A stretch of 29,797 nt of DNA from a virus (lineage: Duplodnaviria > Heunggongvirae > Uroviricota > Caudoviricetes), in IMG/VR virus record IMGVR_UViG_2671180378_000015; one strand, 5' to 3'. The notes under the pieces were generated by a model that saw only the letters and a list, made by a program, of their open reading frames with translations, made no database searches and was not told the origin of the DNA. Made by a program: the position numbers and the translations under genes. Below are positions 8,636 through 17,472 of the stretch, piece by piece; position 1 is the stretch's first letter; each line of letters starts with the position of its first letter.

Positions 8636-8834
8636 GGTAGACAATATTACAAACCATATTCACTTTAGATGCCCGTGTTGTCATGGTTCCCAGTATAGAA
8701 CATCATCTTTTGATGTTTCTGACATGAATCCTTTCGGGGCAAAATGTATCTTTTGTAAATCAATGATGATTACATTTGATAATATTTCACAATACTTAAA
8801 TGCCAGCCGTCTGTCGTTGGATTTAAAAAAGTGA
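8625..8834 (+). other. Open frame encoding a second Cys-rich zinc-ribbon-like peptide lacking a canonical start (possible non-canonical start or decayed paralog)
   Basis: Frame reads ...HFRCPCCHGSQYRTSSFDVSDMNPFGAKCIFCKSMMITFDNISQYLNASRLSLDLKK stop 8832-8834; first ATG (8724) lies after the first Cys cluster; strong terminator immediately downstream. Confidence 0.3.
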
Positions 8835-8840
8835 AAATGA

Positions 8841-8864
8841 AGGCTCCTTCGGGAGCTTTTTTGC
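8841..8864 (+). terminator. Rho-independent terminator
   Basis: aggctcc ttcg ggagct followed by tttttt. Confidence 0.65.
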
Positions 8865-8906
8865 TTGGTATCTATTCGATGGATACTCACATACTACGGT
8901 AACATC

Positions 8907-9137
8907 ATGAAAAAAATCATAGTTTTTTTTAACTCTGAACCAGCAGTGGTAGTGCCAGCGATGACTGGAGTTAACACCATCATGCGTGAATATCCAAATG
9001 GCGAAAAAACACACCTTACTGTAATGGCCGCAGGGTTTCCATCTCTGACCGGAGATCATAAAGTCATTTATGTAGCCGCGGATCGACATGTTACTTCAGA
9101 AGAAATTCTGGAAGCAGCAATAAGGCTCTTGAGTTGA
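8907..9137 (+). CDS. Hypothetical small prophage protein (76 aa)
   Basis: ORF track frame 8865-9137; likely start MKKIIVFFNSEPAVVVP at ATG 8907; no recognisable domain. Confidence 0.4.
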   Translation: MKKIIVFFNSEPAVVVPAMTGVNTIMREYPNGEKTHLTVMAAGFPSLTGDHKVIYVAADRHVTSEEILEAAIRLLS

Positions 9138-9305
9138 TTTGATGCTATTGTATTGATAATTCAGGAAAATTCTCTTTGTCTGTTTGTGTAAAATTTAGAC
9201 TATCGTATGTTGATTATTGCGATGTTTCATCTTATCTTTTACACGTTTGCACCATATAATCGACTTACTGTGTAACTGGAAAGTCATAACAGACTAAAAG
9301 AGGAA

Positions 9306-9482
9306 ATGATGAATATTGAAAACTTAAAAACAAAAGCAGAAGCAGATATTTCTGAATATATAACAAAAAAAATTATTGAACTTAAGAAAAAGACCGGGAA
9401 AGAAGTTACCAGTATTCAGTTTACCGCACGGGAAAAAATGACGGGTCTTGAAAGCTATGATGTCAAGATTAATTTAATCTGA
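9306..9482 (+). CDS. gnsB: GnsA/GnsB-family small protein (58 aa); not in ORF track
   Basis: Hand translation MMNIENLKTKAEADISEYITKKIIELKKKTGKEVTSIQFTAREKMTGLESYDVKINLI; RBS AAGAGGAA before ATG; upstream TATAAT box. Confidence 0.7.
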   Translation: MMNIENLKTKAEADISEYITKKIIELKKKTGKEVTSIQFTAREKMTGLESYDVKINLI

Positions 9483-9633
9483 TGTATTCAATAATAAAAT
9501 TTATCCATAAACCTCGTTTTTTCGGGGTTTTGTTATATTTGAATGGTTCCGAATATCTAAATCACAATTGTTGATGGTTTTTATTAAACCAATGCAGTCC
9601 GGCTCAGGAGTGAGAGAAGCCGGACGTTATGGT

Positions 9634-10044
9634 TTAGCGTGGTAAGATCTGTGTAGTTTTCTGGATGCTTTCAGTAAATAGTAATGAGTTATCAAAGGCA
9701 TAGTAATATCTTTGGTGTTCCTGGATATTTGTAACCCATCGGAAAACTCCTGCTTTAGCAAGATTTTCCCTGTATTGTTGAAATGTGATTTCTTTTGATT
9801 TCAACTTATTATAGGAGGTCTCTATAAGATGTTTGTTTCTGGAGAATTTAACATTTACAACCTTTTTGAGTCCTTTTACTAACACTATGTTGTCGTTTTC
9901 TAACACAATGTGAATATTATCTGTGGCTAAATAGTAAATATAAAGTGAGACATTGTGACGTTTTAGCTCAGAATAAAATAATTCACAGTTTAAATCTTTA
10001 CGCACTTGATCGAATATTTCTTTAAAAATGGCAGCCTGAGCCAT
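9634..10044 (-). CDS. ydfO: YdfO/YbcV-family protein (DUF1398), 136 aa
   Basis: ORF track; start taken at [19 protein letters not shown] (ATG at 10044) with GGAAGG RBS. Confidence 0.7.
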   Translation of the reverse strand: MAQAAIFKEIFDQVRKDLNCELFYSELKRHNVSLYIYYLATDNIHIVLENDNIVLVKGLKKVVNVKFSRNKHLIETSYNKLKSKEITFQQYRENLAKAGVFRWVTNIQEHQRYYYAFDNSLLFTESIQKTTQILPR

Positions 10045-10344
10045 TGGTAAACCTTCCATGTGATACGATGGCGCGTAGTTAGCATTATCGTGTTTATTGT
10101 TTCAATCTGGTCTGACCTCTTTGTGTTTTGTTGATGATTTATGTCAAATATTAAGCCTGTTTTTAATGAATAGTGTTGATTGCGTAACAAAATTGAGCCT
10201 TGCTGGCATCCAGGAGGGATATGCAACCGACAGATGTATGTAAGGTCGATGTACTCAAACTTTCATACTTTTCCTCTTTTATGCAGTAAGATTTGAAGTA
10301 ATATTTTAACCGCTAGATGACGAGCAAACGCATGGAGCGACAAA

Positions 10345-10551
10345 ATGAATAAAGAACAATCTGCTGATGAAGTCTCGTTGGATCTGATTCGTGTAAAAAA
10401 TATGCTTAATAGCACCATTTCTATGAGTTACCCGGATGTTGTAATTGCATGTATAGAACATCAGGTGTCTCTGGAAGCATTCAGGGCAATTGAGGCAGCG
10501 TTGGTGAAGCACGATAAGAATTCGAAGGATTATTCCCTGGTGGTTGACTGA
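10345..10551 (+). CDS. Hypothetical small protein (68 aa)
   Basis: ORF track [21 protein letters not shown]...; GGAG 7 nt upstream of ATG. Confidence 0.45.
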   Translation: MNKEQSADEVSLDLIRVKNMLNSTISMSYPDVVIACIEHQVSLEAFRAIEAALVKHDKNSKDYSLVVD

Positions 10552-10571
10552 GCACCATAACTGCTAATCAT

Positions 10572-10739
10572 TCAAACTATTTCACCTGTGACAGAGTCAA
10601 TATCGCATTCTGTCACTGTCAGGCTAATACAGAGCTGCAATTCAACTACTGCAATGTCCTCGTAATTAGGTGAATTTACAATATCGTCCTGTTCGGATGC
10701 CGGTTGCATTGCTGAAGATGAGGCATTTATGGTTCGCAT
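10572..10739 (-). CDS. Hypothetical small acidic protein (55 aa); not in ORF track
   Basis: Hand translation of minus strand MRTINASSSAMQPASEQDDIVNSPNYEDIAVVELQLCISLTVTECDIDSVTGEIV; GAGGGG RBS 6 nt before ATG. Confidence 0.25.
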   Translation of the reverse strand: MRTINASSSAMQPASEQDDIVNSPNYEDIAVVELQLCISLTVTECDIDSVTGEIV

Positions 10740-10876
10740 ATTTTCCCCTCATGCTCGTCAGTCCTGTGCGTAGGAAGAAACAGGACACTCACACTAATTT
10801 GTGTGGGCATGCTGTGATGTCCTTCTGAATTATTCCTATGCCATTATGTAAAGCGCTGTATCAGATGCTCATCACG

Positions 10877-10900
10877 GCTGTCAGGCTGTCAGGCTGTCGG
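10877..10900 (+). repeat. Tandem octamer repeat gctgtcag / gctgtcag / gctgtcgg
   Basis: Three consecutive 8-mers read directly from the sequence, about 30 nt upstream of the putative cosN. Confidence 0.7.
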
Positions 10901-10912
10901 GTCCTCCCGGTG

Positions 10913-10944
10913 GGGGCCCCTGCCACGGGGCGGGAGCGTCGCGG
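10913..10944 (+). other. Putative cos site (cosN core with 12-nt cohesive-end sequence)
   Basis: ACG GGGCGGGAGCGT CGCGG resembles remembered lambda cosN ACG GGGCGGCGACCT CGCGGG; preceded by GGGGCCCC palindrome; lies about 185 nt upstream of the small terminase gene, as in lambda. Confidence 0.45.
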
Positions 10945-11123
10945 AAAAAGGCTAGTTTTTGCATTTCCATGGCGGCGGCAGCATGTTTGGTAATTTATTG
11001 ATAATTAAAAGTTATTTCTCTTTTCACCTGTACAATATTTCTTTCTCCCTGTCATTAGACCAGTTTGCAATTAATTGAAATATATAAATAAACATGATTT
11101 TCACCTGCCAGATGGAGTTGCTT

Positions 11124-11651
11124 ATGTCAAATGTGAGCGGGATCGGTGATGCTTATTACTGGAGTGTTTTTAAAATCGCTGAGGCCTTTGGGCTTCACCG
11201 GGACACAGTAAAAAAACGGCTCCTCGCGGCTAACACTCCTGTGGCTGCGACTGTCAGGGGGAACCCCGTTTACGCCCTGCAGCATGTCGGGCCAGCCCTG
11301 TTTAGTGTGAAGCATGAGGCAGCAGACTCTGTTCATGATCCATCCCGTATGGAGCCGAAAGAGAGAAAGGACTGGTACCAATCTGAAAATGAAAGGATCA
11401 AGCTGGAAAAGGAGCAGCGAAAACTCATCCCCGTTGATGAAGTAGTCATCGTCTATTCGTCCATGAGAAAGGCTGTCGTCCAGGTTCTGGAGACAATTCC
11501 GGATGTTCTTGAACGCGATTGCGCCCTGACTCCTCAGGCCGTCGGCGTTGTACAGCAGGCCATTGATGACCTGCGATACACTCTTCAGGAAAAATCCTAC
11601 GAGGCTTGTGCTGCTGAATTAATTCCTGATGAGGAAGGAGAGAGTCTCTAG
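11124..11651 (+). CDS. Terminase small subunit (Nu1-like, winged-HTH DNA-binding N-terminus)
   Basis: ATG 11124 with GGAG RBS; N-terminal HTH-like IAEAFGLHRDTVKKRLLAANTPV similar to lambda Nu1; immediately upstream of large terminase. Confidence 0.7.
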   Translation: MSNVSGIGDAYYWSVFKIAEAFGLHRDTVKKRLLAANTPVAATVRGNPVYALQHVGPALFSVKHEAADSVHDPSRMEPKERKDWYQSENERIKLEKEQRKLIPVDEVVIVYSSMRKAVVQVLETIPDVLERDCALTPQAVGVVQQAIDDLRYTLQEKSYEACAAELIPDEEGESL

Positions 11652-11659
11652 GAGGAATA

Positions 11660-13759
11660 ATGGGTTTTTCATCAGCCCGAAATTTGGGAAGGGACATATC
11701 GGCAGGATTTTCCCCACCACGTCGCATGCCGATTTCGGAGGCTGTTAAAAAATTCATGCGTGTTCCCAAGGGGGCTGGTAACTCGGTGCCATGGGATCCT
11801 GAACTGACACCCTACATCATTGAGCCCATGAACTGCCTGGCATCGCGTGAATACGATGCGGTGATTTTTGTTGGTCCTGCGCGAACAGGGAAGACCATTG
11901 GTCTGATCGATGGATGGATTGTCTATACCATCGTTTGCGATCCTTCGGACATGCTCGTTGTGCAGATGACCGAAGATAAGGCCCGCGAGCATTCTAAAAA
12001 GCGCCTCGACAGAACGTTCAGAAGCAGTGCGGCGGTAAAGAAAAGAATGAGTCCACGTCGTAACGACAATAATGTCCATGATAAGACGTTCAGGGATGGC
12101 TCGTTCCTTAAAATTGGTTGGCCCTCGGTCAACATTATGTCGTCGTCGGATTACCGGTTTGTCGCCTTAACCGATTACGACCGTTTTCCGGAGAATATCG
12201 ACAGCGAGGGTGATGGTTTCTCCCTGGCCTCAAAACGTACCACCACATTTATGTCCGCTGGGATGACTCTGGTGGAGAGCTCGCCGGGACGTGACATCTG
12301 CGACAGCAAATGGCGACGTAAGTCGCCTCATGAAGCGCCACCGACGACTGGTATTCTTTCCCTTTACAATCGTGGTGACCGCCGCCGCTGGTACTGGTCA
12401 TGTCCGCACTGCGGTGAATATTTTCAGCCAGCCATGGATGCCATGACCGGCTACCGTAATGAACCGGATCCCTTTAAAGCCAGTGAGGCGGCGTATCTAC
12501 TTTGCCCGCACTGCAGCGGCATTATCACTGCGGAGAAAAAGCGTGAGCTCAATAGTGCAGGAGTCTGGTTGCGTGAAGGTCAGGTCATTGATCGTAACGG
12601 CAACGTTTCCGGTGAACCGCGCCGCTCCCGTATCGCCAGTTTCTGGATGGAAGGGCCAGCTGCTGCGTATCAGACCTGGGCGCAACTGGTTTACAAATTA
12701 CTGACTGCAGAACAGGAGTATGAAGCGACAGGAAGCGAAGAAACACTCAGGGCGGTTATCAACACCGACTGGGGATTGCCTTATCTTCCTCGTGCCAGCA
12801 TGGAGCAACGAAAAAGTGAACTGCTTGAGCAGCGGGCAGAGCCAGTTCCTTCCCGCAGTGTGCCGGATGGCGTTAATTTCCTTGTGGCGACAGTGGATGT
12901 GCAGGCGGGACGTCATCGCCGTTTTGTGGTTCAGGTAACGGGCTATGGCAGTCGTGGCGAACGCTGGATTATTGATCGTTACAACATCACGCAGTCATTG
13001 CGCAGTGACTGCGACGGGGAGAGCCAGCGAATTGATCCGGCCAGCTATCCGGAAGACTGGGATGTCCTGCTGACGGATGTTTTTCATAAAAGCTGGCCGC
13101 TGGCCTCCGATCCTTCTCAACAAATGCGACTGATGGCAATGGCGGTGGACTCCGGCGGTGAAGACGGGGTCACTGATAATGCCTATAAATTCTGGCGTCG
13201 TTGCCGTCGTGATGGCCTTGGTAAACGTATTTACCTGTTTAAGGGTGACAGCATCCGGCGCGCAAAACTGATCAGCCGTACATTCCCTGATAACACCGGA
13301 CGAACGGGCCGCCGGGCGCAGGCCGCAGGTGATGTGCCGCTCTGGCTTCTTCAGACGGATGCCCTGAAAGACCGGGTGAATAACGCGTTATGGCGTGACT
13401 CGCCAGGTCCAGGCTATGTGCATTTCCCTGACTGGCTGGGGAGCTGGTTTTACGACGAACTGACGTATGAAGAGCGGAGCAGTGACGGGAAATGGAGTAA
13501 GCCGGGTCGCGGTGCCAACGAAGCTTTTGACCTGATGGTGTATGCCGAGGCTCTGGTCATTCTGCATGGATACGAAAAGATCCGCTGGCCGGATGCACCG
13601 GAGTGGGCGAGCCGGGAGACCTGGCTGGAGTGTGTCCAGGACAGTACCGAACCGTCATCCTCACCGGAACCGGTATCCACGCCTGTTAAAAAACAAAAAC
13701 GGAAGAAAACAGTAACTGACGATGTTAACCCCTGGCTGACTTCCGGAGGATGGTTATGA
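11660..13759 (+). CDS. Terminase large subunit (lambda gpA-like), 699 aa
   Basis: ORF track 699 aa; size and position; RBS AGGAGGAATA before ATG. Confidence 0.85.
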   Translation: MGFSSARNLGRDISAGFSPPRRMPISEAVKKFMRVPKGAGNSVPWDPELTPYIIEPMNCLASREYDAVIFVGPARTGKTIGLIDGWIVYTIVCDPSDMLVVQMTEDKAREHSKKRLDRTFRSSAAVKKRMSPRRNDNNVHDKTFRDGSFLKIGWPSVNIMSSSDYRFVALTDYDRFPENIDSEGDGFSLASKRTTTFMSAGMTLVESSPGRDICDSKWRRKSPHEAPPTTGILSLYNRGDRRRWYWSCPHCGEYFQPAMDAMTGYRNEPDPFKASEAAYLLCPHCSGIITAEKKRELNSAGVWLREGQVIDRNGNVSGEPRRSRIASFWMEGPAAAYQTWAQLVYKLLTAEQEYEATGSEETLRAVINTDWGLPYLPRASMEQRKSELLEQRAEPVPSRSVPDGVNFLVATVDVQAGRHRRFVVQVTGYGSRGERWIIDRYNITQSLRSDCDGESQRIDPASYPEDWDVLLTDVFHKSWPLASDPSQQMRLMAMAVDSGGEDGVTDNAYKFWRRCRRDGLGKRIYLFKGDSIRRAKLISRTFPDNTGRTGRRAQAAGDVPLWLLQTDALKDRVNNALWRDSPGPGYVHFPDWLGSWFYDELTYEERSSDGKWSKPGRGANEAFDLMVYAEALVILHGYEKIRWPDAPEWASRETWLECVQDSTEPSSSPEPVSTPVKKQKRKKTVTDDVNPWLTSGGWL

Positions 13760-13968
13760 ACCAGAATGATATCGAAGCCATGATTCAGCGTTATACGGAA
13801 GCTGAAATGGCGGTGCTGGACGGAAAATCCGTCACCTTTAATGGTCAGCAGATGACCATGGAAAACTTATCTGAGATCCGGCAGGGACGGCAGGAGTGGG
13901 AGCGCCGCCTTGCGGCTCTGATTACACGACGACGGGGGCATCCCGGGTACCGGCTGGCGAGGTTCTGA
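13756..13968 (+). CDS. Head-tail joining protein (gpW-like), about 70 aa
   Basis: Small ORF between terminase and portal; start overlaps terminase stop and its stop overlaps the portal start (TGATG); RRRG motif near C-terminus as in lambda W. Confidence 0.55.
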   Translation: MNQNDIEAMIQRYTEAEMAVLDGKSVTFNGQQMTMENLSEIRQGRQEWERRLAALITRRRGHPGYRLARF

Positions 13969-15476
13969 TGGCAATTCTTGATGATGTGATTGGCGTTTTT
14001 TCACCAGGATGGAAAGCGGCAAGGCTGCGTTCCCGTGCGGTGATCCAGGCTTATGAGGCCGTAAAAACGACGCGGACACACAAAGCCCGACGGGAGAACC
14101 GAACTGCCGACCAGTTAAGCCAGTACGGGGCCGTGTCGTTACGTGAGCAGGCCCGTTACCTTGATAACAACCACGATCTGGTTATTGGTGTATTTGACAA
14201 GCTGGAAGAACGGGTGGTGGGGAAAAACGGGATTATTGTCGAGCCACATCCGGTATTACGCAATGGGGCCATTGCCCGTGACCTGGCTGCGGAGATTCGC
14301 ACCCGATGGAGTGAATGGTCTGTCAGCCCGGAAGTCACCGGGCAGTTTACCCGTCCGATGCTGGAACGTCTGATGCTTCGTACCTGGCTGCGCGATGGTG
14401 AGGTGTTTGCCCAGATGGTTTCCGGGCGCATAAACAGCCTGGCGCCTTCTGCCGGTGTTCATTTCTGGCTGGAGGCGCTCGAGCCGGACTTTATTCCCAT
14501 GACTAGTGATGAGAGCAACAGGCTGAATCAGGGCGTGTTTGTTGATGACTGGGGGCGTCCCGAAAAATATCTGGTGTATAAAAGCCGTCCCGTATCCGGA
14601 CGGCAGATGGAAACCAAAGAAGTGGATGCAGAGCGAATGCTGCATCTTAAATTTGTTCGCCGTCTGCACCAGATGCGCGGGACGTCTTTGTTGTCCGGTG
14701 TGCTGATCCGCCTCAGTGCCCTGAAAGAATATGAAGATTCTGAGCTGACTGCAGCAAGGATCGCCGCTGCTCTGGGGATGTACATCAGGAAAGGCGACGG
14801 GCAGAGCTATGAACCGGATGGTAATGGCAGAAAGGAGAATGAACGTGAGCTTACCATTCAGCCGGGCATTATTTACGACGATCTGAAACCCGGCGAAGAA
14901 ATCGGAATGGTGAAGTCGGATCGCCCCAATCCTAACCTTGAAACTTTTCGTAATGGTCAGTTGCGTGCCGTGGCGGCGGGCAGTCGTCTGAGTTTTTCCA
15001 GTACAGCGCGCAACTATAACGGCACTTACAGCGCCCAGCGTCAGGAGCTGGTTGAATCCACTGATGGCTACCTGATCCTGCAGGACTGGTTTATTGGTGC
15101 CGTCACCCGCCCGATGTATCGTGCATGGCTGAAACAGGCTGTGGCATCCGGTGTTATCAGGCTACCCCGCGATCTTGACCGTTCTTCACTGTATACCGCG
15201 GTGTATTCCGGACCAGTGATGCCGTGGATTGACCCTGTTAAGGAGGCTGAGGCCTGGAAAATCCAGATTCGTGGTGGAGCGGCGACAGAATCAGACTGGG
15301 TACGTGCTGGTGGTCGTAATCCGGATGATGTCAAACGTCGGCGCAAGGCCGAAATTGATGAAAACCGCAAGCTGGATCTGGTATTTGATACCGATCCGGC
15401 CAGTGATAAAGGAGGCAGTAGTGCCGCAACGAAACGACAGGAGCCGCAGCACACCGACGACCAGTCCGAAGAATAA
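13968..15476 (+). CDS. Portal protein (lambda gpB-like), about 502 aa
   Basis: ORF track frame 13896-15476; start taken at ATG 13968 (MAILDDVIGVFSPGW) overlapping W stop; size and position. Confidence 0.8.
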   Translation: MAILDDVIGVFSPGWKAARLRSRAVIQAYEAVKTTRTHKARRENRTADQLSQYGAVSLREQARYLDNNHDLVIGVFDKLEERVVGKNGIIVEPHPVLRNGAIARDLAAEIRTRWSEWSVSPEVTGQFTRPMLERLMLRTWLRDGEVFAQMVSGRINSLAPSAGVHFWLEALEPDFIPMTSDESNRLNQGVFVDDWGRPEKYLVYKSRPVSGRQMETKEVDAERMLHLKFVRRLHQMRGTSLLSGVLIRLSALKEYEDSELTAARIAAALGMYIRKGDGQSYEPDGNGRKENERELTIQPGIIYDDLKPGEEIGMVKSDRPNPNLETFRNGQLRAVAAGSRLSFSSTARNYNGTYSAQRQELVESTDGYLILQDWFIGAVTRPMYRAWLKQAVASGVIRLPRDLDRSSLYTAVYSGPVMPWIDPVKEAEAWKIQIRGGAATESDWVRAGGRNPDDVKRRRKAEIDENRKLDLVFDTDPASDKGGSSAATKRQEPQHTDDQSEE

Positions 15477-15489
15477 TTCCTGGTTCAGG

Positions 15490-17448
15490 ATGCAGGCTGG
15501 TCACCAGAGTGACGCGGATATTTATATTTATGACGAGATTGGTTTCTGGGGTGTTACAGCGAAGCAGTTTATCAGTGATCTGAATGCACTGGGCGATATC
15601 ACCCACATTAATCTCCATATTAATTCACCGGGTGGCGATGTCTTTGAAGGCATCGCCATTTTTAATGCGCTGAAAACACATGGTGCGTCCATTACCGTTT
15701 ATGTCGACGGTGTGGCGGCGTCAATGGCGTCGGTCATTGCGATGGTAGGAAACCCGGTCATTATGCCGGAAAACTCCTTCATGATGATTCATAAACCATT
15801 TGGCTTTACGGGCGGTGATGCGGAGGACATGCGCACCTATGCCGACCTGCTCGATAAAGTTGAGGCGGTTCTGTTACCCGCTTATGCACAGAAAACCGGG
15901 AAAACCACCGATGAAATTGCTGCCATGCTGGCGGATGAGACCTGGATGTCCGGTGCCGAATGTCTGGCACAGGGATTTGCTGATCAGGTGACACCAGCCG
16001 TTAAGGCAATGGCATGTATTCAGTCAAAACGTACAGAGGAATTTAAAAAGATGCCGGAATCCATTCGAAATATGATTACTCCGCCACGCAACAGTGCTCC
16101 ACGCGTACAGGATGATGGACCTGCAGCCTCCCGGACGCCAGTGCAGGCAGCAGCACCCGTGGTGGATGAAAACAGCATCCGTGCGCAGGTCCTGGCAGAG
16201 CAAAAAGCGCGTGTAAACGGTATTAATGATCTGTTTGCCATGTTTGGCGGGCGTTATCAGTCGTTGCAGGCTCAGTGTCTTGCCGATCCTGAATGTTCGC
16301 TGGAGCAGGCCCGCGAAAAGCTGTTGAACGAGATGGGGCGCGAGTCCACGCCATCCAATAAAAATACCCCGGCTCATATTTATGCCGGTAACGGTAATTT
16401 TGTGGGGGACGGGATCCGCCAGGCGCTGATGGCGCGCGCCGGGTTTGAAAAAACTGAACGTGATAATGTCTACAACGGGATGACCCTGCGTGAATATGCC
16501 CGTATGTCACTGACTGAACGTGGTATTGGTGTTTCCAGTTATAACCCGATGCAGATGGTCGGTGCGGCGTTCACACACAGTACGTCTGACTTCGGTAATA
16601 TTCTGCTGGATGTTGCGAACAAAGCCATTCTGCAGGGCTGGGAAGATGCCCCTGAAACCTATGAACAGTGGACGCGGAAAGGTCAGTTGTCTGATTTTAA
16701 AATTGCCCATCGTGTGGGTATGGGGGGCTTCAGTGCTCTGCGTCAGGTGCGTGAAGGGGCAGAATATAAATACGTCACCACCGGAGATAAACAGGCCACT
16801 ATTGCACTGGCGACCTATGGCGAGCTGTTCAGTATCACCCGTCAGGCCATTATCAATGATGATCTGAATATGCTGACCGATGTCCCGATGAAGCTGGGCC
16901 GTGCGGCGAAATCCACTATTGCCGATCTGGTTTATGCCATTCTGACGTCTAACCCGAAAATCTCCACAGATAATGTAAGTCTGTTCGATAAAGCGAAACA
17001 TGCAAACGTACTGGAGAGCGCGGCAATGGACGTGGCATCGCTGGATAAAGCCCGCCAGTTGATGCGCGTTCAGAAAGAGGGTGAGCGTCATCTGAATATT
17101 CGTCCTGCGTTCGTACTGGTACCGACGGCGATGGAGTCTGTTGCTAACCAGGTCATTCGCTCCTCAAGTGTCAAGGGGGCTGACATTAACGCCGGTATTA
17201 TTAACCCGGTGAAAGATTTTGCGACCGTTATTGCAGAGCCTCGTCTTGATGATAACAGCCAGACCACCTTCTACCTGGCTGCGTCCAAAGGCTCCGATAC
17301 GATTGAAGTGGCTTATCTCAACGGTGTGGATACGCCATATATTGATCAGATGGAGGGCTTCAGTGTGGATGGCGTGACAACGAAAGTGCGTATTGACGCT
17401 GGTGTTGCGCCAGTTGATCACCGCGGCCTGGTGAAATGTACGGCGTAA
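15490..17448 (+). CDS. Prohead protease (ClpP/S14-like) fused to scaffold-like linker and major capsid protein (about 652 aa)
   Basis: N-terminal ClpP-like motifs (INSPGGDVFEGIAIFNAL, VAASMASVIA with catalytic-type Ser); C-terminal 330 aa resembles major capsid proteins; start ATG 15490 just after portal stop. Confidence 0.75.
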   Translation: MQAGHQSDADIYIYDEIGFWGVTAKQFISDLNALGDITHINLHINSPGGDVFEGIAIFNALKTHGASITVYVDGVAASMASVIAMVGNPVIMPENSFMMIHKPFGFTGGDAEDMRTYADLLDKVEAVLLPAYAQKTGKTTDEIAAMLADETWMSGAECLAQGFADQVTPAVKAMACIQSKRTEEFKKMPESIRNMITPPRNSAPRVQDDGPAASRTPVQAAAPVVDENSIRAQVLAEQKARVNGINDLFAMFGGRYQSLQAQCLADPECSLEQAREKLLNEMGRESTPSNKNTPAHIYAGNGNFVGDGIRQALMARAGFEKTERDNVYNGMTLREYARMSLTERGIGVSSYNPMQMVGAAFTHSTSDFGNILLDVANKAILQGWEDAPETYEQWTRKGQLSDFKIAHRVGMGGFSALRQVREGAEYKYVTTGDKQATIALATYGELFSITRQAIINDDLNMLTDVPMKLGRAAKSTIADLVYAILTSNPKISTDNVSLFDKAKHANVLESAAMDVASLDKARQLMRVQKEGERHLNIRPAFVLVPTAMESVANQVIRSSSVKGADINAGIINPVKDFATVIAEPRLDDNSQTTFYLAASKGSDTIEVAYLNGVDTPYIDQMEGFSVDGVTTKVRIDAGVAPVDHRGLVKCTA

Positions 17449-17472
17449 ACGTCGCAGACAACAACTCTGATG

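Noticed and set aside
9597-9625. Long-loop inverted repeat (tccggct ... agccgga) downstream of ydfO
   Set aside because: Stem is followed by a poor U-tract on the relevant strand and the loop is 13 nt; too weak to call a terminator or an RNA gene.
15229-15489. Upstream extension of the protease-capsid ORF overlapping the portal gene
   Set aside because: The extension overlaps the portal 3' end in another frame; the ATG at 15490 just after the portal stop is the more plausible start.
16507-17091. 194-aa minus-strand ORF inside the capsid gene
   Set aside because: Antisense to a strongly supported CDS; Cys/His-rich low-complexity translation typical of a non-coding frame.
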